A stretch of 64,000 nt of DNA from Octopus vulgaris (Eukaryota), in NCBI GenBank assembly GCA_951406725.2, contig OX597824.1, positions 98,146,001 through 98,210,000 of the forward strand, given 5' to 3'. The notes beneath the pieces were generated by a model that worked only from the letters and a program-made list of their open reading frames with translations, did no database searches and was not told where the DNA came from. Each line of letters starts with the position of its first letter. The first letter of the stretch is position 1. Shown here piece by piece: positions 16,400 to 31,117 of this stretch. Position numbers and translations under genes: made by a program.

Positions 16400-17290
16400 A
16401 CTGTACACACAAGGTACACGATGCAAATATTTCTACCGGGAAAGTCTACTGAGTATAAACTTGACTTGTATCAGTGCTTTATTGATCTCACCAAGGCAAC
16501 GGAGCAATGCTACGGAATGGCTTAATGAAGTTTGGTTGTCCAAATAAAAGTTTACAAACCTGATGCGATCTTTGCATGAAGGCTGGAGTGTACTTTAATG
16601 GTAATTTATCTTATCTTTTTCCACCTTGAAGGTGGAGTAAAGCAAAGAAACATTCTTGAACCATTGTTATTTGCTCTTTACAGCAGTGTTCATGGTAACA
16701 GTCAAAGGTAACACTAAGAGAGTCTAGGTTTGGAACCCTTGGAAGATTCTTCGCTATTAAGAGATGTATCGCAGATACTAAGGTGTTAGAATCTTCTGTT
16801 AGGGATCTGCTATATGCAGGTGGTTGTGATTGAGCATTTCACACAGAACAGGGACAGCAGGATCCGATTACAATTTCTTAATGCATCATTCAAAGCTTTT
16901 GGTTGGAAATGAATTTGAAGGAAACAGAAGTTATGTTGTCGGCTGCGCCTAGAAAAGCAGATATTAAGCCAACGATATTAGTAAGAGATAAAGAATTGAA
17001 GGGATCAAGTCTTTTACTTACCTGGGAAGTGTTCTGTCGGATGATTTAAGTTTAGAGAAGGAGACCTTATACAGAAGGGGAAATGTTTCTGCAGCTTTTG
17101 GAAATCTGGAAAGCAGGTTTTCATCACAAAATGGGGTTTGATTAAGCACTAAGACATCATTCCACAAAACTAGAGTTCTCCAAACTTTATTTTATGGCCG
17201 TGGAACTTGGATGATCCTACAAACACCACGCTCAAATAGTTTCACCAATGGTGTTTGAACCATATACTCAGTAATCATTGATGGTGCAGC
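16400..17290 (+). mobile_element. Old, heavily degraded RTE (BovB-like) LINE reverse transcriptase remnant
   Basis: Frame-broken motifs CFIDLTKA, LMKFGCP, GVKQ, PLLFALY, DLLYAG, KETEVM and FTYLGSVLS. Confidence 0.7.
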
Positions 17291-17369
17291 ATTATTTGAG
17301 AGAGGAAGAATTTAGTATGCGTCAAATAGCAATTTGGAAGCGGAAGCAAGCAGCAACACACACACACAT

Positions 17370-17433
<64 letters not shown>

Positions 17434-18064
17434 CATTTAACATATATAAATAAAATGAGAATATCTGAAATAAACTCGACTGCTCTCACAAATGAGAATA
17501 CTACAAATGAACCCGACCGGTCTCAAAAAATTAAGTAAAAAAGAACAGAAAAATAATCCAAAATCCTTGTTAGGTACTGGATCAATCCCAAAATCTACTC
17601 AGTTCATGCCAGTCATGAGGCCAAACATTCCTGAAAGTTTCATCCAAATCCATCCATCAGTTCTTGAGATATCTTGTCCACAGACAAACGAACAAACGTG
17701 ACTGAAAAACAATACCTCCTCCTTCGCTAAAGCAGAGGTAAAAATAGTCAATGTCAAATACGTGGAAGAATGTGTCTTTCTGTTGCTGGTTTCGAGAACC
17801 ACTTGAGAGAACATGATGACACGAAACAGGGTCAGTATCGTCAGCACCTTGGTTTCAAGTGCACCATGTGTGGCGAAATGGTGAAGTCGAAAGTTAGCAT
17901 AAAGAACCATCTACGAAGTGGTGCTGAGGAACAGGCTCAAGAAGAAATTCTGAGACAACTTTATCGACGACGAGTTGACAACTTATATGAAAAATGTATT
18001 TATGTATAATACGTATATGTTTGTATATATATATGTGTGTGTATGTTTGTGTACAATGTGTAAT

Positions 18065-18260
18065 ATATTTAAGTTTTTATGTACGTACGTATGTATGTAT
18101 GTACGTATGTATGTATGTACGTACGTATGTACGTACGTATGTATGTATGTACGTACGTACGTATGTATGTATGTACGTACGTATGTATGTATGTATGTAT
18201 GTGTGTATGTATGTATGTATGTGTGTATGTATGTATGTATGTATGTATGTATGTGTGTAT
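18065..18260. repeat. (GTAT)n/(GTAC)n microsatellite
   Basis: Seen directly. Confidence 0.9.
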
Positions 18261-18779
18261 TGCATCGTGACCTGCATTCCGGTTCAATGGCCAGCAATAC
18301 AAACTAACATACTCCACAACGGTAGTCATTACACATATTGGTGAAATTTGTATTGATTTTGTTTATGACGAACTTCTCCTTTGTCAACTTTTGTTCCAAG
18401 TTTTCCGATTCTCGTTTGTTTTGAAGGAACGTTCGATCGGTGAAGAAATCCTTTTATTTATTACTTTGTCTGATTATATGCAAGTTTGATTTGGTAACGT
18501 TCAGCGTATTCTGATTGCTTGGATTGTGCGTTTCTACAAAGAGAACTCTGTCCTGGTCTTGTGTTCTTCTTTCTGAGCTTCTCTCGATGTTGTCCAATAG
18601 GTATTCGTTTTCAGAGAGAAAAAAGAAAACGATCGGGAGACCGATCTCGGAAGACATGAGCTCCAACACCGGCGACATCGACCAACGGGGCAGCAACGAA
18701 CTTAGAGCTTCTGTCTGGGTAGGGTTGAGTATATTTAAGTATAAATCCTTTGACTGCTACGAGTCTTTCCATGTTATAT

Positions 18780-19460
18780 ACCTCACCAACAACGATACAA
18801 ATTTTCGTCACCGGACACTGAAATGCTATGGATGGTTTGAAAGTTTGAAAGTTCAGGTCCTGATGTGTGTCCCTGTCTTTTTAATATATATATATCCATT
18901 GCTTAGCACGCCGGGTGAAATGCTTAGCGGTATTTCGTCTGTCTTTATGTTCTGAGTTCAAATTCCGCCGAGGTCGACTTTGCCTTTCATCCTTTCGGGG
19001 TCGATAAATTAAGTACCAGTTGCATAATGGGGTGGCTCTAATCAACTGGTCCCCGCACCAAAAATTTCGGGCCTTGTGCTTAGAGTAGAAAAGAATATAT
19101 ATCCATTGCAATATTACAGTTATTTTTAATTGCCATTATGTCGAGAAATAGTAATTTTGTAGGGTTCGACTTCCTTGTAAATTTCTGGGTTTAGTGTAAA
19201 TTGGACAGAGGGACGCTGAATTCTTTTAAAATATTCACGAATTTTGTCCAAATTAGAAAACATTCATCAAGAAATCTTTCCCATGGTTCCTCTACAACCA
19301 GGGCCATAATTTTCAACCACTTTTAGTACAGTTTTTGTTCCAAATACCTCATTACTGAATTTGCATATACTGGAGCAAATATGGTTACCATGGTTGTACC
19401 TCCGATTTGTAAATATATTCATCCTATTGTATTATCCTCAAGAGTAAGACTGGCAGTATA
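18780..19460 (-). mobile_element. Penelope-like element reverse transcriptase remnant, interrupted by a SINE
   Basis: Minus strand gives YLQIGGTTMVTIFAPVYANSVMRYLE, WERFLDECFLIW and LLFLDI, then after the SINE IYIKKTGTH. These match PLE RT motifs GTAMG..AP.YAN, WxRYIDD and LPFLD. Confidence 0.7.
18903..19094 (+). mobile_element. tRNA-derived SINE, family B, with a 15-bp target-site duplication
   Basis: B-box GAGTTCAAATTCC and central GCCTTTCATCCTTTCGGGGTCGATAAA block; TSD ATATATATCCATTGC at 18888-18902 and 19095-19109. Confidence 0.9.
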
Positions 19461-19620
19461 TGTTGGGTTGGTAACTAAGTTCCCGCGGGGTTTTTTTAAT
19501 TTTGGAATTTATTGCGTTTTTAAATTTTGGAATCTATTTTTTTCGAGAATTCTATTTTTGAATCATTTTGGAATCTTTTTTTTTTCCAGTTAATTTGTAT
19601 TTATTTTCTTATCATTAAAA

Positions 19621-20070
19621 TGGAATGAGCATTTTCGACATCTCCTTTTCGCTTTTAATCAAGGTTCTAAGGCTGCAAAAGTTGCTCGCGACATTTGTGC
19701 TGTGTATGGAGAGGGTGCCATAGCTGAAAGCTCGTGATTGGTATGCCAAGTTCAAAAATGAAAATTTTGACCTCAAAGACGCACCTGGTTCTGGCTGTCC
19801 TGTTGAGTTCGATGAAGAGCGATTGAACCAAATTTTGCCCGAAAATTCTCGTCAAACGACAAGGGAACTCGCAGAGAAAATGGAATGCTCCCACACTGCT
19901 ACGGAGAAGCGTCTTCACTCGATGGGAAAGGCTCCGAAGTATGGATCATGGGCTCCGCATACTTTAAGTGACAACAACAAAAATCAACGAGCCACAATCT
20001 CCAGTGGTTTGCTTGCTCGTCACCGCTCAACTCATGGACACAAGCAACGATTTCTTTACCGAATCGTTGT
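19621..20070 (+). mobile_element. Mariner transposase pseudogene, N-terminal HTH to WxPH region
   Basis: EHFRHLLFAFN..ARDICAVYGEGAI..WYAKFK..FDLKDAPGSG.PVEFDEE..RQTTRELAEKM..GSWAPHTLS..RFLYRIV. Frameshifted and truncated before the DD34D core. Confidence 0.85.
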
Positions 20071-20364
20071 TGTCCCGACACTATAAAAATTTCATTCTCT
20101 GTTCAATAATATTTTTGTTATTGGTAAAAAGTATTTACAAATACAAATACAAGCTGTAAAAGCAGAAATCTGATTTACTGTATTAAATGCCCGATTAATA
20201 GAGAAATATATAGTAGCCAAACAGGTAATTCATTATCCGAAAGGATACGGGTACACTGGCAACAAATTACGAACCCTTACGCCAGACAGATCCCATTAAT
20301 TTATAATTTGGAAATATGCAACAATAGTCTTTTTTAGTATCGATATTTTATAAAATTTATGACT

Positions 20365-20706
20365 CAAAAGAAGTAAAAAGAAGAGCAAAAGCAAAGAATG
20401 GATAGTAAGGGACAGTTTTTGTTGGGTGAGTTGTATCCAATTATGGGTGGCTTATCTGGTATTCCTTGAAGGAATCTATCCAGACTCCGTTTAAAGTTGA
20501 TGGGATCCTGTTCCTCTTTGATCTCTTTCGGGACAATGTTAAATAGGGCAGGGCCTGTTGAGGAAAAGAAATTATGTTGTAGTGTACATGTATGCTGTGA
20601 TCTTGAATTGGGCAGGGGACGTATGGCCCGTGGTCCCAGTCTTGGATGAACCTTGAAGCTTATGTTCAGGTCGTTTGGGCAAAGTTGGCGGTATATTCTC
20701 CACATC

Positions 20707-20710
<4 letters not shown>
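20365..20710 (-). mobile_element. CR1/Jockey-group LINE 3' fragment
   Basis: [52 protein letters not shown], homologous to the C-terminus at 27990-28300. Confidence 0.85.
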
Positions 20711-20805
<95 letters not shown>

Positions 20806-20816
20806 CACACACACAC

Positions 20817-20949
<133 letters not shown>

Positions 20950-22355
20950 GCTTGTGTCCTGAAGGTGTGTCGACACCAACTTGCATCTCCCCTTGCTAAT
21001 CTGTGGAGAAACTCACTGGATGCTGGCTATATTCCAAAAACCTTCTGTCCCAGTCTGTTGTCCCAGTTTTCAAGGAAACAAGTCCCTTGCAGTGAATTAC
21101 ATCTCACTCACCTCCTATCATCAAGGTATTTGAGAGGGTGGTGAGATCTCAAATAACAATTTCTGGAAAGCAACAGACGGCTGATCTCCAACCAACATGG
21201 GTTCCGTAATGGAAGGACTGCCTAACGCAGCTCCTGCATCACTTTGAGGACATTTTGAGAGCTTTGGAGAGGCTCCAACACCGATGTCATCTACCTTGAT
21301 TTCAGTAAGGCCTTCGACAGGGTCGATCATAAAGTTACTGAAATGGATTAAGTGTTTCCTGACAGACAGATCTCAACAGGTATTGAAGGGGTAAATCCCA
21401 GCCAAAGTCAGTAGTGGCGTTCCGCATGTGCGGCCCACTTCTTTTCATATATATGACATTAATGACATAAGCACAGCAACATAAAAATCTTTGCTGATGA
21501 CTCCAAGCTATCATAAATGAGGCGAGTATAGTCAGATATATCCAATGGGCAGAAAAAAACAATATGCTGCTGAACGAGGATAAATTTGAGCTAATCCACT
21601 TTGGAAAAGAGGATGCCTGAAACTCCATACTCCTTCCTTCAGGTGAAACTCTCGGCGTCCAACAACATCAGAGACTTGGGAGTAATTGTGGACAACAACG
21701 TAAGCTGGGCCACTCATATAAACACCAAAGTTGACATGGCCCGCAGAATGTGTTCCTGGATTCTCAGAACTTTCCAGTCAGAGATATCACACCATTATCC
21801 TTCTCTTCTCCACTTTGCCGACCCCACCTTGAATACTGTTGTCCACTGTGGTCTCCCCACACATACAAGGTATCAAAAAAGTCGAAGCACCTCACAATAC
21901 AAAATAGATGGCATACAGGCCTCGACTATTGGGTCGACTAGAAAAGCTAAACTCTATTCTCTCCAACGTCGTCGTGAGCGCTACATCATCTGCATGATGT
22001 GGAAAATATTCCATCAGCATTGCCCAAATGATGTTGGCATCACCTAAGGTACATCCAAGGCTTGGGCCCGTGCCATCATCCACTCTCATCTCATAACAAC
22101 AATACGGCACAATATTTCACCTCAATTGGCCCCGCTCTCTTAACATTACACCAAAACACATTAAAACAGAAACTGACCCTATAGGGTTCAAGAAGTCTTT
22201 GGACAGATATAAACCCTACACCCGGATATGTCTCTGTAAACAATAACTCTCTACTGAGTGGGCCATTCTGACGAAGACTTCACCAGGTGGTGCTATTAAG
22301 TTAGACATGGCCTGGGCCAATAATGGCAAACCTATCAAAGTATCAAAGTATCAAG
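20950..22355 (+). mobile_element. CR1/Jockey-group LINE copy, 5'-truncated and deletion-riddled
   Basis: Colinear with 27000-28395: DVIYLDFSKAFDRVDH, SLQRRRERYIICMMWK and the same 3' end GGTGGTGCTATTAAGTTAGACATGGCCTGGGCCAATA; (AAGTATC)n tail. Confidence 0.85.
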
Positions 22356-22393
<38 letters not shown>

Positions 22394-22503
22394 ACATATA
22401 TATATAATATATATATATATATACATATATATATACATATATATATATACATATACATATATATATATACATATATTATATATACATATAATACATACAT
22501 ACA

Positions 22504-22546
<43 letters not shown>

Positions 22547-22647
22547 TCCATTCTTCACCAAGTGCCACATATTAGAGGAGGCTTTTAGTAATAACAGTGT
22601 AGCACAAAACGGCGGTGCATCAGCATGGCCGCAGCTCTGAGCTGAAA

Positions 22648-22706
<59 letters not shown>

Positions 22707-22814
22707 CATGCATACATATATATATATATATATACATACATACATATATATATATACATACATACATACATATATATATATACATACATGCATATATATA
22801 TATATACATACATG

Positions 22815-22866
<52 letters not shown>

Positions 22867-23198
22867 CTTAGCAGATCTTACTGTTTGTTTTCACTGTCCT
22901 GTTTTTGTTACCAACTTTGACCCTCCGCAAATCCCAAAGGTTATTTAATTTGCTTTGCGGGAGCAACTGTTTTGACGAAGGCGCATCTTGTCGGAATTGC
23001 TCGAAATGCGGAGAAGATAAAACATCCGACAACTGATGAAGGGGCGTTCATTATGTTACTTGTCTTATTTTCCGTTTGTTTCTTTCGTGTTTTGTAAAAA
23101 AAAGTTCGTATTCCATGTTTTCGTATTTCATGTTGTTTACGTTCTATGTCGTCCTGTACCCATATATGCAAATGTATATACATATATGTATGTATATA

Positions 23199-23268
<70 letters not shown>

Positions 23269-23278
23269 TATATATATA

Positions 23279-23385
<107 letters not shown>

Positions 23386-23472
23386 TGCATATATATATAT
23401 ATGCATATACATATATATATGCATATATATATATACATATATATATATATATGCATATATATATATATATGC

Positions 23473-23542
<70 letters not shown>

Positions 23543-23545
<3 letters not shown>

Positions 23546-25128
23546 CTAGCGGGACCACTGAAGAAGCTCTTCAGTGGTTCCTTGGCTAACGGTAAACTGC
23601 CCAGGGCGCTAAAAGAAGGCACCATATGCCCTATCCACAAAGGAGGGAGTAGAGCAGAGGCCAAAAACTACAGGCCAGTCTCCCTGACGTCACACATAAG
23701 TAAGGTCATGGAACGAATCATCAGAAAAAACTGATCACGTTCCTCGAAGAAACTAACCGTCTCACTGACACACAGCATGGCTTTCGCCCAGGAAGAAGCT
23801 GCCTTACGCAGCTGTTACAACACTACGACTGGGTACTGAAACAACTACTGGATCGCTCACAGGTGGATGTGGTATATCTCGACTTTGCGAAGGCCTTTGA
23901 CAAAGTCGACCACGGAGTGATATGTCACAAATTACTCAGACTCGGCATAACAGGAAAAGTAGGTGAGTGGATACATGACTTCCTGAAGGACAGAAGCCAG
24001 ATGGTTGCAGCCAATGGAGCCCTCTCGGGAAAGACACCAATAGCAAGCGGGGTGCCACAGGGCACAGTCTTGGGACCCTTGCTGTTTTTGGTGGCGCTCT
24101 CTGACATGCCCTTGGTAGCACAAACAACATCCCTCACTAGCTATGCTGATGACACAAAGGTAGCACAGGCAATCAAAAACCCAGCTGATGCTGACCTTTT
24201 ACAACAAGATCTGGATGCCATATACAAATGGGCTGAAGACAACAACATGCAATTTAATGCTGGTAAATTTCAAGCCTTACAATATCAAGCTGTAAACACA
24301 TATACATTACAACACAACTATACTGGTCCAGGAGGGATCGAAATCCCAGTATCGAAATCAATACGGGACCTGGGGATAGACATGAGTGACGATGCATCTT
24401 TTTCTTCACACATCGCGAAGGTGGCGACAATGTGCAGACGACTCACTGGCTGGATCCTGAGGACATTCCGGACAAGAGACTGCGAGACCATGTTGACACT
24501 ATGGAGGACATTTGTCCTAAGCCGCCTGGACTACTGCTCCCAACTGTGGTCACCGCATAGTGTCAAACTAACCACAGAGCTTGAGACAATCCAAAGACAT
24601 TTCACCAAGAGGATTTCCACCATGAAAGAAAAGAACTATTGGGAGAGGCTTAGGGAACTCAATTTGTACTCCTTGGAACGAAGACGAGAGAGATATGCAG
24701 TGATATACATATGGAAAATCCTGGAGGGACTAGCACCAAATTTTGGAATTGAGAGCTGTTCCAATCCCCGTACAGGACGTCACTGTGTGGTGCCAAAGGT
24801 CCCGTCTTCCACATCCAGGGTAAGGAGCAGATACTGTAATAGCCTGGGGTTCAGGGGCCCTCAGCTTTTCAACAAACTGCCAAGAAAACTAAGAGATCTA
24901 CATGATGCGGATGTGGACATTTTCAAAAAACATCTAGACAAGCTGCTTTCCGGGATCCCAGATGAACCCACTGCAAGGTACGAAGGTAACCTAAGGGCAG
25001 CAGCTACAAACTCTCTCTTAGATCAGTGGCCAGCCACGGCAAACTGGACTTAGAGAGGGTAGCAACAAGGGCGGTGCCCCAGCATGGCCTCAGCCGGATG
25101 GCTGAAACAAGTAAAAGAGTAAAAGAGT
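23543..25128 (+). mobile_element. CR1/Jockey-group LINE, 5'-truncated, with an almost intact RT (ORF 23863-25053)
   Basis: [22 protein letters not shown], one frameshift near 23730, then QHGFR, YLDFAKAFDKVDH, SGVPQGTVLGPLLF, YADD and SLERRRERY. 3' tail ends (GTAAAAGA)2. Flanked by (TA)n on both sides. Confidence 0.92.
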
Positions 25129-25803
<675 letters not shown>

Positions 25804-26130
25804 CCATCAAGATGTAGGACAAGATTCTGTGATAGCCTGGGCTTCCGAGGCCCACAGCTCTTCAATATCCTCCCGAAGAACCTGAGAGACCTGCATGGGG
25901 TGGATACAGATGTCTTTAAAATGAAGCTGGATCTCTTCCTGTCAGGTGTCCCAGATGAACCAACTTCACGGCAGGAGGGGCAGATGAGGGCAGCTGCATC
26001 GAACTCTCTCATGCACCAAATAGCAGTTGCTAGAAAGCCTCCATGAAGTGAAACCAAGTAGCAACACCAAATGGCGGTGCCCCAGCATGGCCACAGCTCA
26101 TAAGCTGAAACTAGAATCAATCAATCAATC
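25804..26130 (+). mobile_element. Short 3' fragment of a related CR1/Jockey-group LINE subfamily
   Basis: [39 protein letters not shown], paralleling 24820-25010; tail GGCGGTGCCCAGCATGGCC..(AATC)n. Confidence 0.85.
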
Positions 26131-26454
<324 letters not shown>

Positions 26455-26457
<3 letters not shown>

Positions 26458-28394
26458 TTAATCATTCTTGATTCATATACTTCTTCTTGTCCCAACTGGT
26501 ACTCGAACCAACGAGATGTCACAAAAACGTCTTAGACTTAATTTTCAGCAATCTCTATCCACAATATTGCAGTGGAGAAAACCCTACTCTCCGACCATGA
26601 CATGTCGCTAGAGATTAAAAAATGCCTAAACTCCAAAACAACATGATGTCTATCATCAATCGTCAGCGAAGAGCTGAAGAGGCCTGGGTCATTGAGAAGA
26701 TCAAACTCAATCCCAAAGTGTTCTTTTCATTTGCAAAAAAACACAGAGTCACTGGTTCTACTGTTGGCCCTCTGATTGATGAAAATGGTACTCTTGAAGA
26801 CAATGCCAAAACTATGGGAGAGATATTGCAGAAACAATATTGCTCTGTTTTCAGCAATCCTGATATGAATGATCTGGGTTGTATCAGTGATGTTACTCCC
26901 CAATACACTTCATCGGACATAACCTTTGGCGCTCCTGATGTCTTAGCAGCAATAAAGGAAATGAAGTATAATTCAGCAGTAGGTCCCGATAGGTTCCCTG
27001 CTTGTGTCTTGAAGATGTATCAAAACCAGCTTGCACCCCCTCTAGCCAATCTGTGGCGGAACTCACTGGATGCTGGATATATACCAGAAGACCTTCTATT
27101 CCAGTCTGTTTTCCCAGTTTTCAAAAAGGAAACAAATCACTTGCCATGAATTACCGTCCAATCTCACTCACCTCTCATATTATTAAGGTATTTGAGAGAG
27201 TGCTGAGATCGCGTATGACTCACTTCCTTGAGAGTCATAATATGCTGAACTCCAACCAGCATGGATTCCGTAATGGAAGAGATTGCCTAATGCAGCTACT
27301 GCATCATTTTGATGACATTTTGAGAGCCTTGGGAGAGGGTTCCAACACTGATGTCATCTACCTTGATTTCAGCAAGGCCTTTGACAGGGTTGATCATAAG
27401 ATCCTTTTGAGAAAGCTGTCCAATATTGGTGTCACTGGAAAGCTGCTGCAGTGGATCAAGTGCTTCCTGTCTAACAGAACCCAACATGTTGTAGTCGAAG
27501 GAGTCAAATCCAGCCCAGCCAAAGTCAGCAGTGGTGTCCCACAAGGCACTGTGTTGGGCCCACTTCTCTTCATCATCTACATAAATGATATTACTGACAC
27601 CATCAAACACAGTAACATCAGAACCTTCGCTGATGATTCCAAGCTCCAGAAGGTCATCAATGGCGTGGATGACCGAATAAGCCTTCAGTCAGACCTACTG
27701 GCTGTTGTCCAATGGGCGGAAAAGAACAACATGTTGATAAACGAAGACAAACCTTCCAGTCGAGAGATTCCCACGCTATTATCCTTCTCTTCTCCACTTT
27801 TGCCCGACCCCACCTTGAATACTGCTGTCCACTGTGGTCTCCCTACACAAAACAAAATATTATGAGAATTGAAGCTCCCCAAAGGTCAGTCACAAAAAAG
27901 ATAGATGGCATGTCAGACCTTGACTACTGGGGTAGACTAGAGAAGCTGAAATTGTATTCACTCCAACGACGCCGTGAACGCTACATTATCTGTATGATGT
28001 GGAAAATATTCCATCAGCACTGTCCGAATGATGTTGGCATTACCTTCAAAATGCATCCAAGGCTTGGACCACGTGCCATCCGTCCACAACAAAAATCTAA
28101 ATCGCATCACATAACGACAATACGGCACAACTATTTACCTCAATTGGACCCGCTCTCTTCAACATTACACCAGGACACGTCAAAAAAGAAACTGACCACA
28201 CAAAATTCAAGAAGTCTTTGGACAAATTCCTTCAAACAGTACCGGACAAACCATCCACACCCGGATATGTCTCCGCAAACAATAACTCTCTGTTCGAATG
28301 GGCCTTGGTGCCCAAATCCTGAACTGAAAGACTTCGCCAGGTGGTGCTATTAAGTTAGACATGGCCTGGGCCAATACTATAAAACCTTTCTAAG

Positions 28395-28395
<1 letters not shown>
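26455..28395 (+). mobile_element. CR1/Jockey-group LINE, 5'-truncated pseudogene with frameshifts and an internal deletion near 27750
   Basis: IKLNPKVFFSFAK, SAVGPD, NYRPISLTSHIIKVFER, QHGFR, DFSKAFDRVDH, SGVPQGTVLGPLLF and FADD, split across ORFs 26622-27149, 27002-27865 and 27712-28353. Confidence 0.92.
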
Positions 28396-28450
<55 letters not shown>

Positions 28451-28641
28451 GTATGTAAATGGAATAAAAATGCAATAGAGGACAATAAAACATTCGGACA
28501 GATAGACGATACCAAGGCGGACAGGAGAAACAACAATTAGAAGGACAGGCAAAAAAGACGGGTCATTCGAGGCCTTCTTTCCTCAGTCAAGTCCCACAAG
28601 TCACGATCGTTTCGGGCAGTTACACTTGAGATAGTTCGACC

Positions 28642-28704
<63 letters not shown>

Positions 28705-29897
28705 GCGAACTATGTGTTTAGTGATGTATACGAAAACGTTAATGTATCCTGCAAAGAATTACAATCTCTTAATTAAGCCAGGTGATCGGTCACATTGTAC
28801 CATCACAAGTTGGGTTCGGGCTGAGATGCAGACATACATCTGTTTAAGGGACACGGTAGAGACATCATACGGATTTTAGTCGATTCTACTTCGACCCCAG
28901 GATATGAGTGGTACATTATTTTATTGATGCCGAAAGGATGGCAGGAAAAGTTGGCCTCGGCGGGATTTGAACTCAGAACCTAAAGAGAAGGAAGAAATAA
29001 CGCCAGGCACGCAACAACAACAACAACAAGGAGCAGCAGCAGCAGCAACTGAATGTGAATGTGTTTCTGGTTTAGAATAAGAAAAAAGTTGAATGGAGGA
29101 GAAAAGACAACCACAAAAAAAAATGAATAAAGCTAACAAAAATAATATAAAGAACATTACACATTCGTAAAGAATTGAAAGCGAACGAAGAGAAAAAAGT
29201 CTCTGGGAAAAATACTTTGAAAAAGAAGAGAAAAAAAGGAGACATTTAAAAGAAGAATAACTACAAGACATTACGCTCTAAAAGACACGAAAATTACAAC
29301 AGAGACGAAGTGTTTTGGGTGAATTCGGTTATTTCCGTAATGTTTATTATTTCAACAGTGAGTCAATGGTGTTTTGATGGTTCAGGGTATAGTTTCAGCT
29401 GTGAAAAGGATGGAGAAGGGGTGGATGGGTTGGTCGCCGTCGCTGGTTGAGGGTCGGGTTTCCATACATTCATGGAACAAACTGAATGTGTTCAGCATTT
29501 TCATTCTTAAAACTCTATCCTCTCGTGATGACAGAGTTGTTAATGGTGATGATGATGATGATGCCGCATTTGTTGTTGTTGTTGTTGTTGCTTCACTGCA
29601 GACTTCAGACGCTTTTAAACACCCTTTGAACTTTCACTTCGCTGGAACTGAAAGCTTGTTGACCTTTCACAGTAAATAGAGACACTGGCAGGTGTTTTCG
29701 GTACCAGCATCCAGTATCTGCGCCGGTGTGTGTAGATATATGCCCCTGACGTAGATGGCTGTATGTATGTGTGTGTGTGCAACCATGTATGTATAAATAC
29801 ACTCACGCAATTATAACATATATATATATACAGACACACACGTATATACACATACTTGTATATACATACATGTACATCCACATATGTGTGTGCGCGC

Positions 29898-29932
<35 letters not shown>

Positions 29933-30077
29933 CACACACATACATACACACACACATACATACATACATACATACATACATACATACATACATACATACA
30001 TACGTACATACATACATACATACATACATACATACATACATACATACATACATACAAACATACATACGTACGTACGT

Positions 30078-30110
<33 letters not shown>

Positions 30111-30206
30111 TACATACATACATACATACATACATACATACATACATACACACACACACATATATACATACACACACACACGCACGCACATATATATATA
30201 TATTGT

Positions 30207-30340
30207 TCAAATCAGTTTGGATCGGATTCCGAGCTGTCTCAAGTTTCAAAGCCCCTCCCGGAGCCCCTCCGTGAGGGGCTAGGCTCCGTGAGGGGCTTTG
30301 AAACTTGAGGCAGCTCGGAATCCGATCCAAACTGATTTGA
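30207..30340. repeat. Near-perfect long inverted repeat (foldback)
   Basis: ~59-bp arms TCAAATCAGTTTGGATCGGATTCCGAGCTG..AAAGCCCCTC.CGGAGCC with 2 mismatches and a ~16-nt loop. Confidence 0.9.
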
Positions 30341-30494
30341 TCCATACACGAAACTACCAATAAATGTATTGAGTGCCCGTTCTTTCGTTTGTCCACTCAC
30401 TCGTATACATATGTGTGTGTGTGTGTGTGTGTGTGTATACATATGGATGTGTGTGTGTGTATGTATATAAACATACATACATGTATCATATGAA

Positions 30495-30620
30495 TGCACA
30501 GTGAATAAAGATAGAGTGACCCGAGAATATTACACCAGACTTTGGAAAACATGGCAGTCGGAACTCTTCTCTTTCAACAAAACAATATCCCACAATGCAT
30601 TTGCAGTACCAGTGCTGATA
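30495..30620 (+). mobile_element. R4/Dong-like LINE fragment
   Basis: NKDRVTREYYTRLWK..SELFSFNKTISHNAFAVPVL, homologous to 4140-4230. Confidence 0.55.
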
Positions 30621-30729
30621 TCAAGAGATAAATATTATTTATTTAAAGGTCACAACACATGTATTGAAGCGCTACCAATAGTTTCATATGTTGAGAGACC
30701 TCAAATATATTCTTCAAATCATAGTGAGC

Positions 30730-31029
30730 TAAAGAAATTGAGTAATAGAAGAAACACGAAATAATTGAGAAGGCAGAATGAAGAAAATGCAGACAGTTAA
30801 GGATAACGAAACGCCGGATGTGATAAAATGGAAAGTAATTAAGAAATCCATACCATATGTGAATGGATCGAATAAATGTAGACTTTGTTTGGCTGAAAGA
30901 GCGCAGATCCAGTTCAGATCTAACATCTCTAACGCTCTATTGAACTCTAGGTCAGAAATGTTCAGTAGTTGCATGCATATGTATAAATATATTCTGAAGA
31001 ATTGGAAAATTCCGCCTATTCCTGACTGA
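30730..31029 (+). mobile_element. Penelope-like element, C-terminal GIY-YIG endonuclease region remnant
   Basis: IKWKVIKKSIPY.NGSNKCRLCLAE..LLNSRSEMFSSCMH resembles the CxLCLxE...LLNxRxE..SxCRH end of PLE ORFs. Confidence 0.7.
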
Positions 31030-31117
31030 CTTGATATCTTTCCAGCCTTATCAGTTAAGATCTAAAGAGGATGGCTCTTTTAGCTTTTTACATTTTAGTT
31101 TCTGTTTTTCGTTTTTT

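Noticed and set aside
17430-17910. Possible non-autonomous DNA element (terminal ACCTC..GAGGT hairpin) and a C2H-like finger FKCTMCG
   Set aside because: Family assignment is not supportable by eye; the finger may be the tail of the upstream degraded RTE.
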